A program made the translations under genes and the position numbers. From positions 32,001 through 96,000 of the forward strand of contig JBDRRF010000031.1 in NCBI GenBank assembly GCA_043825875.1: DNA of 64,000 bases, read 5' to 3'. Below, one piece after another: positions 61,501 through 64,000 of this stretch. Source of the DNA: Pseudomonadota bacterium (lineage in GTDB: Bacteria > Desulfobacterota > Desulfobacteria > Desulfobacterales > RPRI01). Below the pieces are notes generated by a model that did not search any database, was not told the origin of the DNA, and worked only from the letters and a program-made list of their open reading frames with translations. Positions within the stretch are counted from its first letter, which is position 1; the number at the start of each line of letters is the position of its first letter.

Positions 61501-61780
61501 GAACATAAGAAACAGGCTTCTTGACCTTGTAATCAACACCGGAAAATACTGGCAGAAAACCGGTCAATTTGAAAAGGCAATAGAACAGTACAAACGGGGG
61601 CTGATACTGGATAACCTGGTGGAGGAGCTCTATCAATATCTGATGCTCTGCCAAATCAACCTTGGGCGCAGGGCCGAGGCTGCAAGAATTTACGAAAAAT
61701 GCAAAGCTGTTCTTTCAAAAACCTTGAGCATATCCCCATCCGAAAAAACAAACACGATATACAAGTCCATAACTTCTTAA
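58568..61780 (+). CDS. MalT-like STAND NTPase-TPR regulator with C-terminal SARP (wHTH + BTAD) module
   Basis: GPAGSGKTT; ILDDYQ; LRFTLDE; EGWAAGL; YRYHSLFRDFL; LWPETDGD; LYKGDFL; EELYQYLM; L.ISPSEKT. Confidence 0.88.
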   Translation: MKGTNASISKISRPALTNVFHRTRLFEALEIGSKPIVWISGPAGSGKTTFAASYLDYTGIPCLWYRVDKSDSDIENFFYYMGLAAKKAAPRFKKPLETLRPEYLQGIPVFTQRFFEDLYRRLKPPFVIILDDYQEALETSDFHEIVNIGLSDVPDGTRVFILSRNEPPPAHIGLRAGNKMHFIRWDDLRFTLDESKQFTQIVGKQELTDNEITGMHNSIEGWAAGLVLLMENNAYAATALKPPQKPLRKDVFSYFAREVFDRLDEKMQGFLLKTALLPVIPAKIAERLAGKGAEDMLETLRGSHFFTELNLTPKPVYRYHSLFRDFLIARMRESFSPEDIFQEQRRAASLLEESGQVEHAADLWIECEDWEALSALILKNAEILLGQGRIQSLAGWLNRLPDEALSKSPWLFYWLGMCRLLFDPASARQYLEKAFDEFNKADNLAGALLSWSFIIESFGYEFADFTPLQMWIKRLYKLMGRRRLNFPSVQIETRVAAGMVFAMTTAWPWHADMEDWIKRSLKLARECGDQTLCCTAFFSVCLHYALSGDFKKFSLLMEEMRNMARRSGASLFVKAIFIVLEAHLCLAFHIGSDHRDAAKIISAALEFSAKTGIHYFDYLVLYTKAFVEFEAGDLAAGDESLRALEAILDPRQRLRVAFFHRLLAYREFVAGNFSKALTRAEEALKISEKGGYVYVTANSHLAIARVLHVIKQTDKAQNHIRSAMDLSCGSKLFYFMCILAQAHFAFDTGKEEEGLSLLRQGFLIGREQNYMGFVYWWEPKIMAFLCAKALSAGIETDYVRQFVSNRKLIEYQVPVELEGWPWPLKIYTFSEFRIERDGNNLDFKGKAPQKPLALLKVLICLDHNNVPEEDIADALWPETDGDLAHKSCEITLLRLRNIIGKEVVSVNGGLVSLHKKYCWTDLRAIRSLLDQAESSWAKAKREREFKAAIDLTGRAMGLYKGDFLPGDSTKSWVMTVRENIRNRLLDLVINTGKYWQKTGQFEKAIEQYKRGLILDNLVEELYQYLMLCQINLGRRAEAARIYEKCKAVLSKTLSISPSEKTNTIYKSITS

Positions 61781-61849
61781 CAATATTCATATAAATATGT
61801 ATTCCGAAGGCCCTTTATATAATCCGGCATTTTTTTGTAAAATCCGTAA

Positions 61850-61885
61850 TCTGTAGGCTATCTGTAGCTGCTTGTCTGTTATGAT
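61850..61885 (+). promoter_or_regulatory. SARP-type heptamer direct repeats with extended -10
   Basis: TCTGTAG-N4-TCTGTAG (61850-61867) then TG-T-TATGAT (61877-61885). Confidence 0.5.
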
Positions 61886-61998
61886 ATTTGTTATAAGCAA
61901 ACAATTACATATTGAGTCAAAATATTATTTTGACAAACGCTATAAAATCCACTGCAAAAGTTTAAATAGTTATGAATGAGTTGTAAAAGGGGGGAGTT

Positions 61999-62196
61999 GT
62001 GGAGTGCTACATAATACGTATTTACAGAAGAGATAAAAAAAACCCGGACATTGTTTCTGGAATAGCCGAAATATCTGGCGTTGAAAAGCCCGTTATTTTC
62101 TCAAGCATGAAAGAACTTGAAAATATATTAAAGAATCGCTCTGAAGAGATGTGTTCGGTTGGTCTAAAATCCCCACGCAAATCTGCCGGTAAATAA
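61999..62196 (+). CDS. Small hypothetical protein
   Basis: GGGGGAG RBS, GTG start; YIIRIYR...SGIAE...FSSMKEL. Confidence 0.6.
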   Translation: MECYIIRIYRRDKKNPDIVSGIAEISGVEKPVIFSSMKELENILKNRSEEMCSVGLKSPRKSAGK

Positions 62197-63009
62197 ATAT
62201 CCTTGAGAAGTATTTCTGACACCAAATTCGGATAGGGCGCTAAGGGTTATGCAAAGTCTATTCCCTGTATTCCAGTATATGGAGGGGCCGACCTGAAAGC
62301 GTCTTATGCCTGAATCATGGATTTTGTGTCCGTTTACTGTCTTGTTCACTCCGAATGTGGCGTTGAAGTTTCCCCCTGCCAATAGGCCGGGGTAAATCAT
62401 ATATCCAACATAAACTTCCAAAATCGTTTCATTGCCTTCTTTTGTGTTTGTATCATTATTTTCAGTAAATATATTATAAAAAAGAGCTGTCTCAATATTA
62501 AATTTACCCAATTGTTTTGCCATACCCAAAACTGGCCTTATTTTCCATACATTCTCTCCCATATTTACTATTCTATTTTTGTTATAATCTCCTGTTGGAA
62601 TATCCAAAAATGAACCTAAGACAAAATATGTTTTTGATACCGGATCATCTATAAACCAATATCCAAGACCAACCGTTAAATCCCCTATGCCCAGATCATG
62701 TTCGCCGCGCAGATCCTTACGTCCGGCATGCAATAAAAGTGTGAAACCCAATGTATTAGGCAAGAATGACTTATTGTACGTTGTAAATTTGAGAACAGTT
62801 TCATAAACCCTTGCATCTATGTTTATAAGCAATGTTTTTCCTTTGTTATTTTTTAACTTGGATGCTGTGTAATACACGGGATAAAGTGAAAAATATGATC
62901 CTGGCAATGCCCAATTATCATAAGGATTTATAGCATGACAGGGACTAATTTGAAAAAAATATGCATATATGAATATAATGAACCCTACAAAATATAATTT
63001 CCTATTCAA
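62164..63009 (-). CDS. Outer-membrane transporter, SphA/phenol MetA-pathway-like beta-barrel
   Basis: Signal peptide; GIGDL; PTGDYN....NMGENVW; GP; C-terminal aromatic residue. Confidence 0.75.
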   Translation of the reverse strand: MNRKLYFVGFIIFIYAYFFQISPCHAINPYDNWALPGSYFSLYPVYYTASKLKNNKGKTLLINIDARVYETVLKFTTYNKSFLPNTLGFTLLLHAGRKDLRGEHDLGIGDLTVGLGYWFIDDPVSKTYFVLGSFLDIPTGDYNKNRIVNMGENVWKIRPVLGMAKQLGKFNIETALFYNIFTENNDTNTKEGNETILEVYVGYMIYPGLLAGGNFNATFGVNKTVNGHKIHDSGIRRFQVGPSIYWNTGNRLCITLSALSEFGVRNTSQGYLFTGRFAWGF

Positions 63010-63090
63010 AAGGCCTCCGTATTTTATTCTATCCGAATTTTGACAAATACTATATTTTAATTCTTTGGCTAATAGATATACTGTAGTAAT

Positions 63091-64000
63091 TTAATCTGTA
63101 GCCGGCAATTTCCTGAAACGAGAGAACAAAGCTAAAAAATCTTCCAGCAACATATACAGGCATGGAATCAAAAGCAGTGTAATAAAAGTAGCAAATAGTA
63201 CTCCAAACCCAAGGCTTATTGCCATAGGAGTTATGAATCTTGCCTGTATGCTTTTTTCCAGCATAATAGGTGTTAAACCGGCAAAAGTAGTCAAAGATGT
63301 AAGGATAATAGCCCGGAATCTTAGTTTGGCTGCTTTTATTACCGCATCATAAGCGTTATAATTGTCTTCCGTCCTTAATCTGTTTGTGCGGTCTATAAGT
63401 ACCAGCGAGTCGTTTACGACAACCCCTGAAAGACCCACCATGCCCATAAGACTCATCATACTTAAGTTGAAACCAAGAAGAATATGACCGATTACTGCTC
63501 CCACTAGTCCGAAGGGAATTGCAGCCATGACAACAAGGGGTTGTGAAAAGGAGCGAAACGGAATAGCCAGAAGTGCAAATATGCCAAACAGAGCAAAAAT
63601 GAACCCTCTTTTGATATCGGCTAATGACTCGTTTTGTTCCCTGCCTTCTCCTTCAAGGGTATAACGTAGTCCCGAATAGCGGTTCAGCAGGTTCGGAATA
63701 AACCGCTCAGTAAGATCGTTTCGAATGTCATTGGCATTTCCAACTTTTTCATTAACATCTGCTGTTACCTTGATAACCCTTCGGCGCTGGGCTCTTTCAA
63801 TTGTGGCATATCCCTGTTTCATTTCTATTTCCGCTACAAGATTGAAAGGCACCTCATGGCCTGAAGGTGTGCGAATCCTCATTTCTTCAGTATTGGCAAG
63901 GGACTTTCGTTCAGACTCCGGATATCGCACTAAAACTTTCACTTCATCATTATCCAGCTGCAACCGAAGGGCTTCGGCGCCGTAAAAAGCGCTTCTTACC
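63091..64000 (-). CDS. AcrB/AcrD/AcrF-family RND efflux permease (C-terminal part, 5' partial)
   Basis: FRSFSQPL..MAAIPFG; GVVVNDSLVL; RFRAIILTSLTTFAGL.P; frame open to window edge. Confidence 0.92.
   Translation of the reverse strand, partial: VRSAFYGAEALRLQLDNDEVKVLVRYPESERKSLANTEEMRIRTPSGHEVPFNLVAEIEMKQGYATIERAQRRRVIKVTADVNEKVGNANDIRNDLTERFIPNLLNRYSGLRYTLEGEGREQNESLADIKRGFIFALFGIFALLAIPFRSFSQPLVVMAAIPFGLVGAVIGHILLGFNLSMMSLMGMVGLSGVVVNDSLVLIDRTNRLRTEDNYNAYDAVIKAAKLRFRAIILTSLTTFAGLTPIMLEKSIQARFITPMAISLGFGVLFATFITLLLIPCLYMLLEDFLALFSRFRKLPATD

Noticed and set aside
234..63985. Numerous 60-180 aa ORFs antisense to or nested in long genes
   Set aside because: Shadow frames of well-supported genes, without RBS or motifs

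Overview
AT-rich bacterial chromosomal window. The gene set suggests an anaerobic Desulfobacterota/deltaproteobacterium (inference). It holds: a redox/one-carbon cluster (ferritin-like-REC fusion, sulfite-reductase-like ferredoxin protein, MetF-MetV fusion, divergent KptA) and tRNA-Lys(CTT); a hybrid histidine kinase; a DUF1302-DUF1329-YCF48-RND hydrophobic-substrate uptake cluster; an accessory stretch (NUDIX, two paralogous iron-sulfur flavoproteins, glyoxalase I, AOR operon); a defence islet (Fic plus Gabija-like OLD nuclease/UvrD helicase); a complete gspC-N type II secretion operon converging on the PEP-CTERM regulators prsK/prsR; core genes (thiolase, gyrA, gpsA, radC, pgk); and a MalT/SARP-type regulator. 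The strongest unannotated signal is a non-autonomous mobile element family: seven copies of exactly 142 bp, each with GAGCCA-n-TTTCAAAACG terminal inverted repeats and its own 4-bp target-site duplication. The copies fold into long hairpins with a compensatory base change and sit at operon junctions and stop codons. An eighth element of 132 bp has near-identical ends but a REP-like core. Also notable: the secretin GspD ends in a subtilase-prodomain-like domain; paired TGT-N11-ACA boxes and a decayed PEP-CTERM-like tail lie upstream of the T2SS; and there are decayed attC-like and group IIC intron-like traces. All protein calls come from motif recognition by eye; no database searches were run.
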